From positions 1 to 48,562 of the forward strand of contig JAUCBJ010007567.1 of the NCBI GenBank assembly GCA_032718475.1: a stretch of DNA of 48,562 nucleotides. The letters run 5' to 3'. Numbering within the stretch: the first letter of the stretch is position 1; the number at the start of each line of letters is the position of its first letter. Under the pieces are notes generated by a model that was given only the letters and a program-made list of their open reading frames with translations, did no database searches and was not told the origin of the DNA. The position numbers were made by a program, and so were the translations under genes. Shown piece by piece: positions 20,919 to 33,341 of this stretch. The DNA comes from Nemertoderma westbladi. Lineage: Eukaryota; Animalia; Xenacoelomorpha.

Positions 20919-22847
20919 AGAGGTGAGGTCTCTATAGGGGTGTGGTAAACAGGCGGCGGCGGACTCGTGAGGGTCTGGGGGCACGTTAAATTTGGTCTAA
21001 GTGCAAGGGAGATACTGAAGGCCCTCGTGTCTAGCGAACCATGAATTGCCATGGTGCCGTGGTACCGTCTAGTCGGCCTGTTGCCGTACTGCCAGTCCTG
21101 TACACAGTAGGGGTGGTGGCATGGCGTGATTTGTGGTTCATGTGGTGTGAACTGTGTTTTGTATGTGGGCGACCAGTGGCAGTTAGCTTTGGGGCTTGGA
21201 TGTGTGCCATTGACCGTCAGCTGTTCCGTTTTTTTGATACTATATGTTATTGTCTCCATGTTCAGCTGATTGGTCTTTGGAGTGTGTTTAGGTCTGAGAT
21301 GAGCTTTCTGTTGCTGTGGATACGTGAGTACACGTGATTGTTTGTATGGCCACTGCGAGTGAGTGTGGGAAACCTTGCCGGTTGGACAAGACGCCGCTGG
21401 TATTAGTAGGACCATACTTTACTGCGCCCCAGCATACTTTGTGCACACAAAGTTATTTTGCCCTGTCGGCAAAATAAGGTACTCTCGGCTCTTATGAGTC
21501 GATACAATTTTGTCCCTCCCGATTTTGACCCCGATTTTGTCTTTAATGATTTTGTCCTCTGTGTGTGCATGGTATGTGTCCAATTTGTGTACTTGACATT
21601 GTGAACATCTGTTGAGTACACGTGTACAGTGACTGGTAAGTGGTTACTTGTTCTTAGCTTTTGAGCAAGACAGTATTGTTTTTTCAATACTGCCGGCGAG
21701 GCAGGTGAAAACGAGTCAAAATTCCATGTTGGGTAGCGCAAGCCCACATGGGACAAGACCGTCGGTTAGGCCCAAGGGCGACCTTGGTGCTCGATCGCTA
21801 TCGACTGGTCCACCTGCCGGTTGACTCTCTGAGTTGGCTCAATGTACAGTCAGGCCACAGTGAGTTGACAGTAGCCGCCCATCTGGCTGCACGTTCGACG
21901 AGCTGTGCCGGTGTGATCGGGGAATTGAAAATTGAACCCGGGAAGCATCGGGCCACCCCCCGGCCCGGTCTGATAATAACATCAGTCGGACTGGCCCCAG
22001 GGGTGGTGGAAACACGTCCGCCTCGTGGGTGCGCCTCAGGGAGGAGCCCAGAAGGACGAAAGCGTCTATTATAGAAGCGCAAAGGTTGCAGCGCAAGGCG
22101 CAGGGGGCGTCTGAAAAAGCGCGAGTGCAACTGCATAAGGAAGAGTTGGCGGAAGCGACCACGGGAGCGCGACAATTGGGACGAGGCCGAGGGAGAAGTT
22201 CGAGCCGAGAATCTGTCGGGGCTCAGGGAACGTCGTCGTCGGTTCCGGGGAGTGACGCCTCACGGACGCCGTCAACGGAGTCAACTAGAGGTAGATTAGT
22301 GTATCTGGGAAGGGGGCGAAAGAGAGGAGCGAGCCCAAAGAACCCAGGAGCGGGTCGATAATACATTATGGCACAGGGCGACAGACTCTAGATATATACA
22401 TCATCGTCGCTCTGATGTATATTGTAGCATTTGAAAATCTTCGACTAGACTCATATACACTAGTTGAGTTATTTGAATTTATATTATGAAAGAGGCGAAG
22501 GAAGTGATTGGGGAGACAAACCTGCGGGTTTGGCTTACTCCTTTCACTTGCCCTAGCAAAATTTATATTTGATTTTGTATGTAGTAATCATTATGTAGTA
22601 AGAATGAACGAGAAACAATATTTTGTAAATTTAATTTGTATGTAATAATCGTTAAACAGTGAGAGAGATAATATTTTGTGAATTTAATTTGTATGTAATT
22701 CATTATGCAATATCTATGGCAATATTTGTAAATAGTAGAATTATTATGTTATTTAGATTGGTTGGAAGAAATTTATTTGTTTTGTATACATCACCTTATA
22801 CTCTTCTACAATTGGAGGGAAACATTATATGATTTCCCTTGGAGCGG

Positions 22848-24977
22848 TGTTACGGTATATGGCGCTGTATCCACAGTATTAGTCCATTATGCAGTATGCA
22901 ATATTAGTCCATTATGCAGTATGCAATATTAGTCCGTTATACTGTATGTAATATTAGTCCGTTGTGCAGCATGATATTTTAGATAAGGCATAATAACGCA
23001 GTGGTATTTAGGTAAGGAAGTTAAAACGCCCATATATTTTGCATCCATTCATTTTGTATAGTATGTAGCTCTACCTACGTAATTTTGTATTAGGTTATAT
23101 GTAGATAGTTCCAGGGTAAGTTTATTCGGACCCTGGATTCCGTGCTTGCTGATATTAGCTTTAGTAGGGCTAGCATATAGGGACGGCGTCCTGGCCATTC
23201 AGCAGCCAGAGACGTGAACCATTACCATATATGGTAATAATTCGAGGAAAGGGAGCAAATAGGGCTACAATCCGGCCTCCTTATTGGACTAGCTGCTTCC
23301 AGGTTGGTCTAGTGCTAGCACGGACTGGAGAGCCAATAAGAAAGCGATTGAGTCACCCTATTGCATCATCCCATCCGGATCACCTATAAATTGGCGGTGT
23401 GCCGGTAGAGCCTATCATCAATCTGTCACATGATACACCCCTGTTACAATTTACTTGCTGAGCTGTCTCTAATTTTGTATTTTTCTGCAATTTGCTAATT
23501 TTGATTAATTTCTTGGAATGATTTGCTAGTGCGATTACTTTGCTTGTGTTTCTCAATAATTCCTTCGATTACTGCAAATTACAATCGAACTATGATTTCT
23601 ACCTTTGATTGATGGTTCTATGTGATTCTTTTCTGCGCAATAATCCCAAGGGATTCCTGAAACTGTCAGACTTTGTGATTTGCATGCGCCGCTACGGTAG
23701 CTATTAGCGTAATGGAGGGCTAAGGTGCCAGTGGGCGGTGGGCGCATCGGGGGGTTGAGCGACTAGGAGAGAGCGGAGGATTCAAAGCGAGCAACGCTGG
23801 CCAGGGTCACCCACCGTTGCGGGCGGGTAACTTGCACTGCGGCACGCAGACCGATCGCCGGTACAGTATCTAGGGGGCTGATGATCCAGGTTTTGTCTCT
23901 ATTTAGTATTAGGGGGGCAGGAATTGGGTTAGTTAGGAATCCTAGATGTACCCGGGAGAGGCCTGCGCGTACTATAACGTTGAGTGTGGAGTACGAGTAG
24001 TGAATTGCACAATTGTAAACTGTGATTTCTAACGCTGATTGGTGTGTTATTGAAGTGTGCCTAAGATTACGAATGCTTAGATAGGCGCTCTTTTCCTTTG
24101 ATTGATTTCTATTTCTTAGTTACAATAATTAGTTATTGATTAGGTCAAAGTAATACGGCAAATTAGGCTATTACTAGCGAAACCTGTTGCGTGATAAATT
24201 AGAATTACGTATTCTGGAACTCTTAGTAATTAGTACGCTGTTAAATATTTGTGACTGTAATTAATTAGTAAAAAATTAAGAATTAGTACGCAGCATAGCG
24301 GAGAGTAGCTAAGGTAATAATTAGTGTACTGTAAACTATTCACGCTGAGCGGTTATTTGCATTAGCGGACAATCAGCTAGAACGCACTATTCGGTACGCA
24401 CGATACGCTAGTAATTTTGCTGGCCTAAAGCCAGTCGCGGGCAGTTTTAGACCCGGAGTGGTATTATCCACGTAGAAACAGATACTGTACCATTTTGATA
24501 TTTTAAATATTCTCGCATTCACACATTACGTTAGGGAACCTCCAGTATTCGCGATTAGAAAGACGTAGGTAATAGCGTGCTTTAATAGTGATAAAATTAG
24601 GCGTAAGAATACTCTGAGTGCAAGGCCTCTCGCACTCGTCTTAAGTAAGCTTAGGGAGCCGACTCGGGTTTATTGTTTTGGTTATTCCTGCGTGGCTCAT
24701 AGATTCGAACAGTTAGCTCTCTATCGAGCAATCGGTAGAGAAAGGAACAAGCGATTTTGCAGGAGTAGTGTAAAATTAGTAAAATATATTAGTGGACGGC
24801 AGATTAGCGCCATCTAACGGTAAGTAGCGGTTTTGTATTTAGCAACCCTTACAATTTAGTAATAGCACGCTCCTGATCCCCTTTACTTAACAGTAGAGCA
24901 GTCTTTGTGTCTTATTGGTTAGACGAGAACTTATTAGGTTGGCAGAAGGATATTAACGGGTATTGGTCTGTTCAACA
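22848..24977 (+). repeat. 3' LTR of BEL element 1 (~2.1 kb), with four 25-bp tandem units near its start
   Basis: TGTT start after PPT; TATTAGTCCATTATGCAGTATGCAA-like repeats ~22877-22975; no partner LTR in the window, so the 3' end is approximate. Confidence 0.6.
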
Positions 24978-25084
24978 GTTCTGCTGTTAGTATAGAGGTC
25001 GCGGTTGTTTATCAGGGGTGCTTTTTTGCCGAGTCAGCTCGCGGGGCAAATACCACACCCTGGTTTGCCATTCCACAGGGTGGG

Positions 25085-26923
25085 TGTCACAGTGGAGTCA
25101 GATATGAGGCCCATCACCCATATCTACTCTGGCGCACATGACCCACCATTGGCTGTGCAGCTCATCTGCTGGGTCATGCCCTGTACCCCTGCTGCCAGGT
25201 GCAGGTCGCAGTGAAGTGCACTCATAGTGGACATGAGAACACTCTACTCCTGGCCAGCCATTGGTAGATCACCATCTGCCTGGCCAGGCCATATAACCCT
25301 GCAGCCAAGTATATGGGTCCTTAATCCAGGACCAAGGGCGTCCTTATCCCAGAACGAAGGGGGTCCTAGTTACAGGACCAGATTTGCCCTTGTAAGAGGG
25401 TCTATGCAGCTACAGGTGGCACCTCCTTTATGCTGCATGGAGGTGGCAAGTTTTCTTGATCAATGACCTAGAAAACCTGACCTGACTAGAACACAAGAAG
25501 GTGGACACACCGTACATGAGGTGGAAGATATATTGGTGGTAGCATATTCGAGGGCCTATGGGGATTCCCCCAGGGGAGTTGGCGAGGATACCAAAGGGAC
25601 GCCAACCATCGATAAGTACTACCAATATAAGTACTATAGTCATATATAACCTTTTCCAATTGACTACTGGGAATGGGGACCAATTGGCTATGACAGAAGG
25701 ACGAGAAACTAGACGAATCACGCTTCTTGAGTGCGACGGCACAAAAGGGGATGGTGAGGCTCGTCAGGGGTAGGTGGAGACATCAGACGGATCCCATTTC
25801 TCAATTGCGGCCGCACTGATGAGAATGTGGGAGCCTGACAGGAGGGGGCGGAGAACCAAACAAATGGGTTGAGTGCGAGAGAAACATGGAGAGGAGGTGT
25901 TGACATGCGTGGAAGTGAGAGGAGTGCAATTCAAGTGTGGGGAGCGAGCAGTAAGAGAGAGAGTAAGGGACAACGGGGTCCGCAAGAAAGAGAGTGAGGG
26001 ACAAAGAGGTCCGAGAGTAAGTGAGGTTTTAGAAAATTGTGCGAAGAGAGTCCACAATTGTCTCGAACAGAGACGCCAGATACCTTGGTGCAACATAGCT
26101 CGCGATTACACCAAGGAGGGGTAGCAATAACATACCCAGGGGGGCCGGCCTGGAAAGCCAACCCCGAGAAAAGAACTCCACCCCACACGCGATAGTAAAT
26201 TGGGTTCCAGCGGAATTGAAGCGCACTTAAGGTTGATGCTAACTTCTCACCGGGAAGATAGCATGGGGGGAGTGTAAGCGGATTCAATTCCACTTCATTA
26301 CCCACCAGAAAATGGGACCAGTGGCATTTAGCAATATGTTGGGGATACGAGATTACCAATATTAATCTCGTCTCATAACCAACATTGGGGGGGGGGTGAC
26401 ACAAGCCCCAAAGGCACAGAGAGAGTTGAGAGGTCAAACCACCTCGGAGGGAATACAGCTAGTAGAGGCTAGCAGCGGGGGAAACACTCACAGGGAGTGC
26501 CAAAGTGACAATTAACATATTAGCCAATAGTGGGGAGGGAAGCACGTGATTAGGGACAGGAAAGCATCCATTGGGTACAGAGGGCTAAAGTACAGTAAGA
26601 GGTGAAATCAATATTCATGTGTGTTAATCATATATTATCTTACATTACTGATTTACTGGTCAGTTGAGTTATTCAGTCAGTGCAGACCGATCATAGATAA
26701 TGACCGTCACCGCCATTAACATCAGCAGTTAGTCTGTGCATTTTTCTGGTATCATACTATCTTTATTTACTGTGCTATTATCATCTGCATTATCAACATT
26801 GAGAAACAACAGAAACTCTTATTGTTTTCCCCCAACAGCCTTCGGCCAAAGCAACTAGCACGACTGCCCAGCCACGGTGACGCGTACATTTCTAACCCGG
26901 TCGGGATCTCCGATCCCGTCACA
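25085..26923 (+). mobile_element. LTR-like sequence (Gypsy-type TGTCAC...GTCACA)
   Basis: Purine-rich AGGGTGGG before TGTCACA; ends CGGGATC-loop-GATCCCGTCACA; 3' third is collinear with 47940-48501. Confidence 0.5.
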
Positions 26924-27607
26924 GAAGTTTAGAACAGAAGAATGCAAACGCCTGAAAAGCGAGCCACGCCTCGTATCTGAAAATACGGGGCCCTATATAT
27001 CTTATTAATTTAATTTACAGAAGGCCCCTATAGTATATTAACTATCAATATTAACGAAGGTACTGCAAATAATATTATTAAACTAAAAGCAAAAGCAGGA
27101 CCAGAATTTTATAATTTATAATGGAATTATAATTTAGATGCCAATGAAGCAAGCGATAATTAAAATAAGCGAAATATAACCTTCAAATTGAGATCTATTA
27201 TAGAGACAGTGTAGGCCTATCTCTGTTTAACATGAAAGTTAAGAGTTAAGCCCGGTTTGCACAGATACAATTCGTAGCAATAGTGTGGTGTTTATCGCAT
27301 TTTGATCGCACTTTGATAGCATAGCGCTGTCACCGCGTTTTCATAGCGGTGTAACCAAAAACCAAAACCCTGTGATAGTATGCAATATGCAATATTTGCA
27401 TAGCATTGATTACAGTATATTAGATGATTCTACAATCTACACCACCCCCCTTCGACAGATCACTGCCCCTTGTTCCCCGAAACAAAGATTAATATTCGAT
27501 CCCTCAAATGAATGTCTTTCCTTGACAGATTAATGGCTAATAACATTATACATTAAAATACGCTAAATTTAAATTTCACTGTTTACTAATTCCTGCTTGG
27601 TTGGTGT

Positions 27608-28148
27608 GGGCGAACCACGAAGTGAGCGAAGCCTTAGCATATGGGTGCCATTAACGAGTTGTCTGCCATCGTCGTCGTCGTCGTAAATTTTTGATCGCTA
27701 ATAACTCGGTTATGTAGTCCGGCAAAAGTTTCGAAAGAATCGGAAGTTTGGTAAAAAACGAACGAACGCAACGAGTTTACAGTAGATACGAGTATCCATC
27801 TGCCATAAATCAGCACAGTTACTCTCACTGTTTCGAGACTTTGCATAGTTATAAACGTCGTTTGTCTCCGTTTAGGAAAACGAGGCTAATTAAGGAGAAG
27901 ATTATTGTAAAACTAAAAATGTCATACTTAACTTAAGTAGCCCTCGTTAGAAGGTTTACAAATGACAGTTAAAGTGTGTAAAGGCAAACTGAAATGGATC
28001 TCTGTTTTTACAAGTAGTTTATCACGAACTGATAGCATCGCCTTCACTCATGTATATTTTGGGAAAGACGGTTTTCGTATATCTAATAGAGATTAGTATA
28101 ATGTACTTTCTAATATAAGCTCTACTGCTGCGCGAAGGTCTCAAAAAC
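27608..28148 (+). mobile_element. Second GTGT-flanked HINE-like element with (GTC)n tract
   Basis: GTGT|GGGCGAACCACGAAGTGAGCGAAGCCTTAGC ... TGCTGCGCGAAGGTCTCAAAAAC|GTGT; termini resemble 12276-13769. Confidence 0.6.
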
Positions 28149-28467
28149 GTGTATTAGTGCCCGATACACTGTTTGCTCTGTTTTTTTTTTTCTGCCATCA
28201 ATCCTTACAGTAATCAAGTCTTACCACTTGCTAGTAAACCAACAGCGACTAACTTTAGTATAATAGTGTGGTAGTTTAAGTAGTAAGTAAGTTTAGTTTA
28301 AGTAGTGTTTTAGTTTTTCAGTAGTTAGGCATTATCGAGCTGCGCTGTTGAAGGCCTGTTTGTTTGTTTTTATATTGTTCCAATATAATTTCATGTTTGG
28401 GCCGAAATATTGGCAATAAACTCAATTTTGGCCACCCGCAGATCCGCTACCCGCCTTTAATCCTTTA

Positions 28468-28712
28468 TAGTGTGGTAGTTGTTTTTGGCAGGTAGAAGAT
28501 GCATAAAGCGAATCGTTATATATAAGCCAATATTTCTGATGTTCTAATGTTTATAGATAGTTTGAACATGTACATATAAATGCGACTAACTGTATACTAG
28601 TGTGGTTTGTATGTTTTTGGCAGGTAGGTCTATTAAATGCAAGATGCATAAAGCGAATCGTTATATATATATGCCAATATTTCTGACGTTCTAATGTTTA
28701 TAGTTTGTACAT
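28468..28712. repeat. Diverged ~130-bp tandem duplication
   Basis: TGTTTTTGGCAGGTAG..AAGATGCATAAAGCGAATCGTTATATATA..GCCAATATTTCTGA occurs twice. Confidence 0.8.
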
Positions 28713-28866
28713 TATATATTATTATCATGCAACACAATAATATATAAATATTATAAATATAATTATAAATATATATATTATTTGAGGTAAACGTTTAATA
28801 TACGCTACCCGTGAAGAATTGGGCATCGAATTAACAAGATATCAAGAAAACAGGCATAATGATAAA

Positions 28867-29795
28867 CAGGGTGTCCCAATAAATTTGATCCGGTTTTAAA
28901 GTTTAATAACTCCTCACAATGAGCATCAATCGCAGACTTCTTGGTATCATATGAAAGCCAATAGGTTAACTTAGAGTTTGGAATGCATTCTCGGTGATTT
29001 TGTTGCTATGGTAAACAATAATAATTATCCTTATAATTAAGTACAACTTTCTATTCAATTATAATGTTTAAATAGTTTATAAAGTTAAATTCGGAACAAG
29101 TATTTAGTATAATAGATAAATTATTATTCACACAGTCCATAGTAATGAAGTTAAATTAATCGGACTATCAGTATACTTTATGGTTTGAAAATTTCAATGT
29201 GGCCTCCACCTATTTCTTTCACCTTGAGAAGCCGCTTGATCGTTTCTTGGAAAGAGTTTTGTAAATGATGATGCGGAATTGTTTCCAGTGCGGAATTAAT
29301 GCGCGTCCTCAGTTCTTCTAGCGTCGTCACCGTTTCGCTGTACACAAGATTCTTGACATGGCCCCATAAATAGTAATCACAGGGAGTCAAATCGGGAGAA
29401 CGAGCTGGCCATCGAATAGGACCGTCTCTGCCAATCCACCTGCCAGGAAAGGCAAATATGTCCAAACATGTATGATATGTCCAAATATGTCCGAATATGT
29501 CCAAATATCTGTCCAAATATGTACGAACGTTAAGGGCCCAATGTGGCGGTGCACCGTCCTGCTGAAACACAAATTGGTTGGTGTTAGGATTCAGTCTTGG
29601 AATTATAAACTCTTCCATCATTGCCAGATATTTCTTAGCGTTTACAGACGAACCTTCGAAGATGTATGGTCCAATAACCTGTGTGGAAGACATGGCACAC
29701 CATACCGTTAACTTTGGTGAGTCACGAAAGCGTTCTGTCACTTTATGGGGATTTTCAGTACCCCAAATTCTGCAGTTCCACCGATTGACAGCACC
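28867..29795 (-). mobile_element. Tc1/mariner (rosa/DD41D-like) transposon remnant: one TIR plus C-terminal transposase
   Basis: TIR-like CAGGGTGTCCCA at 28867; transposase ORF 29178-29741; 5' half missing. Confidence 0.85.
29178..29741 (-). pseudogene. Tc1/mariner transposase catalytic domain fragment
   Basis: VWCAMS..VIGPYIFE, FQQDGAPPH, FPGRWIGR, WPARSPDLTPCDYYLWGHVK. Confidence 0.9.
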
Positions 29796-29799
29796 ACTG

Positions 29800-30829
29800 A
29801 TACTGATACTTAGGCCTACTGATGAAAGACAGTGGCGGGGTAGAGAACTACAGGATAACTTACCTAAAATAACAGATCGACGCCCTGTAACACTGGAATC
29901 GGATACAGATTTTAGATGGTTTAAGGAATGGCGAGCTCTGTGGAAAAATTACTATAACTTAATGGATCTTGAATCGCGAAGCCACACCAAACAAGTTGCA
30001 TGTTTTTGGGATTGTTGCTCCCCAGGATTTTTAACTATTATTCATCGCATGATATCAATCCCTGCAGATACTGATTTAGATATTGAAGAAATTCATAATC
30101 ATATTCAAGAATATCTTCGTTCACTCCGTAACGCAAATTTGGATTGGCGGTCATTGCTTTCAATAAGACAGAAAGAAAGCTAAAGTTATACTTCTGTGTG
30201 TAACTTCTGTGTGTTATTTGCTATTGATTGATGCTATACGCAATGATTTTATAATTAAAGATTCAGAATTTAGTGCCTATGTTCAACAATTCAGAACAAT
30301 TCGTGGAGAATTGTCAATAGATGATGGCTTGATTCTGAAAGGTGCTCAAATTGTTGTTCCCCCATCTGGGGTAAAGGATATATATTGAAGTGGTTACATG
30401 CAAGTCACCAGGGTATAGAAAGAACTAAGAGACGGGCACGTCAGTCCGTTTACTGGCCTGGATTTAATTCTGATATCACAAATACTGTTAAAACTTGTTT
30501 AGAATGTCAACATTTTCGTACATCCCTTCCAACTGAAGCAATGTTGCAACACATCATTCCGGCTCGAATTTTTCAATCTGTGTCAGCAGATTTTTTTCAG
30601 TATGGTGGAGCATACTATATAGTATATGTTGATCGCACTTCGGGATACCCCCTTGTTGATAAGTTTAAGAATGCACCTACAGCATCTGATAATATAAAGG
30701 TATTGAGACAATATTTCGCAAGGTTGGGAGTCCCTAAGATCTTTTCATCAGACAATGGGTCTCAATTCGCAGCTGAAGAAACACAGCATTTCGGGGAATG
30801 GGGAGTCAAGTGGCAACCATCAACCCCAG
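29800..30829 (+). mobile_element. Gypsy element 2, left part: gag fragment joined by deletion to the integrase N-terminal half
   Basis: Gag-like FKEWRALWKNY..IQEYLRSLRN..RQKES; integrase LHASHQGIERTKRRARQSVYWPG, VSADFF, SDNGSQF; ends at STP where BEL-2 inserted. Confidence 0.85.
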
Positions 30830-31267
30830 TGTTGCTGCATTCATGAATTCTGCCTTTAAATTACTTATTTTACCAATTTTGGTCCAAAACTACATTTTTT
30901 ATTGATAAAAAACCAGTTACGGTGTAATGTTAATTATTCCTATTGAATTATTTTCTGGTAAGGGTTTTTACGCCATCTAGTGCCATTATACCCATATTCG
31001 AATTGATAGGATGCCTTACTGAGATTCGTGATGTCTTATTGGCCCGTATTTACCTTGAGTAAACCTTATATATACTCTCTGCTGGTTGATCATTTTGGCC
31101 ACTCAGCACATTAGCATATCGCAGAGGAGTTACCTCCAATGCAGGGCCTTTGGATGCTGGTCAGATTACTGATGACCAGCGTTTATTACATGCCTTTATG
31201 TCTTTATGTTATATGCCTTTGCCGTTAATGTCTGTGTCTTGGTGACATTATAATATTATTATTAATT
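30830..31267 (+). repeat. 5' LTR of BEL-2 (3' part, PBS and gag deleted)
   Basis: Matches 38397-38785 apart from a ~45-bp extra segment at ~30921-30963. Confidence 0.9.
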
Positions 31268-31279
31268 TAGAATAGATTA

Positions 31280-33340
31280 GAATAGGATGGTTCTGCACCG
31301 GTCCATCCATAAAGACCTTAAACGAAAGAAGAGTAAGCGACAAGATTTCGACGAATAACATTCATTCTGAAAATCTGTCTATCAATTACATCCATTCACA
31401 CAGACCTAACAGGATCATGGAAGCGGAGGGAGGATCCGATTTGGCTCAAAAATTTCAAAAATTTATGACTACAAGTCGAGTGACTCCAGCGATAATGACC
31501 TACCAACCTCTCGTTTCAACATGGACAATGCAACCACCATGTTAGAATACGGAGAATACACCCGTTGTTTGCTAACAGGAGTGACCCCATTAACGGATGG
31601 TTATTCAGACACCAAAGAAGACAGGGATATTTTATTACGCAAATCTATTGCTGATGCCACTTTGACTGAGAAAATATCCAACTGGGTAGAGCAACAAAAG
31701 ATGGAAGAAAATTCCCATGATATATCTATTGAGGAAGAGCGAGCTATACAAATCCAAAATACCACCACTCGCTATATCCCCGACGAAGGTAGATACGGAA
31801 GGTCTTAGTCAACTCAAGAGACGTTTAACTGGTGATCCTAACGCACATAGGATGTACAACGAACAAATGACCAAGACTATTAGTGAAGGATACGCTACAG
31901 AGGTGCCACCTGATACTCCCCACACCGATTGTACTTATTACATAACTCACCATTATGTAAAACGGCATAATAAACCAGACAAAGTCCGAGTGGTTTTTGA
32001 CGGATCAGCCTTGTATAAAGGACAATTGTTGAACTCTCAACTAATGGCCGGCCCTAACTTATTGCGTTCACTTCCAGGGATATTAATTCGATTACGGCAA
32101 TAGGAAGCTAGGCAGATAGTAAAAACCATGTGGGACCAGAATCTTACTTGGGATGAACCCCTGGCATGAGAGTTATTGATTAACTTGTCCAGGTAGGAAA
32201 ATGCCTTACCTGATATTGAAAACTTTTGGGTGCCCAGAGCTTACTTCCCCAATGCTCTACCATCACACACGTACCAATTACATGTATTTGCCGACGCAAG
32301 TGACAAGGGCATTGGCATTATAGCTTACTATAGGGCTACAATGCCCCAAAATACTGCAGCCATAGCGCTGGAATACTTAACTAATACCATTAGTTTACGT
32401 GTATTTAGTGTGTACATACATCACAAACCGAGTATCTATAATACTCAACCGCACTAAATTAGAAAAATGCAATACCCCGCGGACACACCTTCCCATGGTG
32501 CAACCCCTAACGACCTGATAATTTCTAAGTGTTGGTTGAATGGACCCGATTTCCTTTCCCAACCAGAGGACCAATGGCCTGATCATATTACTCCTGAGGA
32601 AATGAGACAGGTTAAGGGTTTGGAAATCGTCAAACCAAAAACCAGGCCATCTAAGTCTAAGCTATTCAAGTCCATCGACATAGCAACCAACAATTATATA
32701 AACAAAATAGACAGTCAAAATTCAGACCCTTCCCCAAATATTAAATCCAGGGCTGAAGCTGTCCCAGACAACCCCAAAATATCCACTGGTCAATCAGACG
32801 TACCCAACGTGGATATTGGTCTATCCCCACTGATAGCCCGAGCCATGAACCATTATAGCTCGTGGGATAAGATATGTAGGGCTATAACTATACTAAAACA
32901 ACTTTTCCGCTACAGGTATAGTATTAATAGCGTATCTGTGATAAGCTTAACACCTAATGAAGTGGATAAATCCAACTTACAATTATTGAGAATTTCACAA
33001 AGACTTGAGAAACCTGAGAAATACAATCAGCTCAGCGTCGATCCCTTGACTCCCCATTGGTGGACAAATTCTCAAGTATTATGATAAATGGGTTAATTCG
33101 AGTTGGAGGCCGCCTCACTAACGCTCTGATCTCCAGAGATACTATGTTCCTCATATTAATATTTGACCCCGAGATTCAGACCAAGTTGATACAGGACATT
33201 CATTACCGACTCTATCATGCCGGGAGAGAACACATATTAAGCGAGATCAGAACACGTTATTATCTTTTACACCCCACCCCACATGGCTCTCAACCAAATA
33301 CTACGAAACTGTATACCTTGCAAAAGGATTTATAGCAACC
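31280..33340 (+). pseudogene. pol: BEL-2 pol remnants (post-protease, RT N-terminus, RNase H/peptidase A17 region, integrase zinc finger)
   Basis: GWFCTGP, KVRVVFDGSA, AGPNLL, LTWDEPL, LHVFADAS, WLNGPDFL, GLIRVGGRL, HYRLYHAG; RT core deleted near 32100; many stops and frameshifts. Confidence 0.85.
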
Positions 33341-33341
33341 G

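Larger units (their letters stand above)
15225..24977 (+). mobile_element. BEL/Pao element 1, 5'-truncated: integrase, accessory ORF, PPT, long 3' LTR
   Basis: Integrase ORF 15355-16743; GGAGCGG|TGTT PPT/LTR junction at 22841-22851, same style as GGAAGCGG|TGTT at 38389-38400; LTR end ...TTCAACA at 24977 is tentative. Confidence 0.8.

Noticed and set aside
25005-26437. Cluster of short ORFs on both strands
   Set aside because: No recognisable motifs; GA-rich, LTR-like non-coding sequence.
27248-27420. Harbinger-like MITE end (TAA-GCCCGGTTTGCAC)
   Set aside because: No matching second TIR found in the window.
29578-30183. Single 201-aa gene
   Set aside because: Chimeric frame: antisense of the mariner transposase joined to a Gypsy gag fragment.
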